A DNA stretch of 32,000 nt from Wigglesworthia glossinidia endosymbiont of Glossina morsitans morsitans (Yale colony) (GTDB lineage: Bacteria > Pseudomonadota > Gammaproteobacteria > Enterobacterales > Enterobacteriaceae), in NCBI RefSeq assembly GCF_000247565.1, contig NC_016893.1, positions 210,001 through 242,000 of the forward strand, written 5' to 3'. Position numbers and translations under genes: made by a program. The notes under the pieces were generated by a model. The model saw only the letters and a list, made by a program, of their open reading frames with translations, made no database searches and was not told where the DNA came from. Positions 31,429-32,000 of this stretch are shown here, in pieces; position 1 is the stretch's first letter; every line of letters begins with the position of its first letter.

Positions 31429-32000
31429 ATGAAATTATCACTACGTAATGTTCAATGTGCACTTTTAAGTGTTTCAAATAAAACTGGAATTTTATTATTA
31501 GCACAAAATCTTGTTAAATATAACATAAAATTAGTTGCTACAAGCGGCACCGCAAAATATTTATCAAAACATGGTATTTCAGTAATTTCAGTTTCTGAAT
31601 ATATTGATTATCCAGAAATATTGAACGGAAAAATAAAAACACTACATCCTAAAATACATGCAGGTATTTTAAGCAATGATAGCGATCAAATTAATTGCTC
31701 TGATCGTAATTATTTTAAAATAGATATGGTAGTAACTAATTTTTATCCATTTTCTGAAGCAATTGAAAAAAATTATAAGATTACAGACATTTTGGAATAT
31801 ATTGACATTGGAGGGCTCGCTTTAGCAAGATCTGCAGCAAAAAATTATCGATGTGTAACTGTTTTAGTTGATCACAAACAATATCCTATGATAATTGAAG
31901 AGATGCATAGATTTTCTGGATCAACTAGCGTTCAGACTAGATTCTATTTGGCGATTATAGCATTTTCTTACACTTACAACTATGATAAAAAAATTTTTAA
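31429..32000 (+). CDS. purH: Bifunctional AICAR formyltransferase/IMP cyclohydrolase, 3' end outside window (partial)
   Basis: Translation MKLSLRNVQCALLSVSNKTGILLLAQNLVKYNIKLVATSGTAKYLSKHGISVISVSEYIDYPEILNGKIKTLHPKIHAGILSND...IDMVVTNFYPF...YIDIGGLALARSAAKNYRCVTVLV. Open at the window edge. Confidence 0.95.
   Translation, partial: MKLSLRNVQCALLSVSNKTGILLLAQNLVKYNIKLVATSGTAKYLSKHGISVISVSEYIDYPEILNGKIKTLHPKIHAGILSNDSDQINCSDRNYFKIDMVVTNFYPFSEAIEKNYKITDILEYIDIGGLALARSAAKNYRCVTVLVDHKQYPMIIEEMHRFSGSTSVQTRFYLAIIAFSYTYNYDKKIF

Overview
This 32 kb window is very AT-rich, gene-dense housekeeping chromosome. It looks like a genome-reduced gammaproteobacterium (Enterobacterales type), most likely an insect endosymbiont. 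I cannot fix the genus from the sequence alone. Almost every ORF matches a recognisable E. coli counterpart. The order is cpxR(partial)-dcd-metG-rluD/bamD-ftsB-ispD-ispF-yccA-tRNA-Ser-hemH-adk-htpG-ybaB-dnaX-hha-ffs(4.5S RNA)-rpoC-rpoB-rplL-rplJ-rplA-rplK-nusG-secE-tuf-tRNA(Thr,Gly,Tyr,Thr)-coaA-birA-murB-purH(partial). I found no CRISPR array, mobile element, toxin/defence cassette or convincing new multi-gene system. The most useful observations are: (1) murB seems to start at a non-canonical AUA/AUU codon behind a GGAG Shine-Dalgarno, restoring 38 residues the ORF track omits; (2) the 4.5S RNA gene, absent from the ORF track, lies about 20 nt downstream of rpoC on the same strand; (3) a textbook stem-loop plus U-tract lies between rplL and rpoB; (4) birA has lost its C-terminal domain, with a readable remnant after the stop; (5) bamD has a TTG start and an atypical lipobox; (6) hha is retained and some enzymes are shortened. 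Comparisons with E. coli proteins are from memory, not from a database search.
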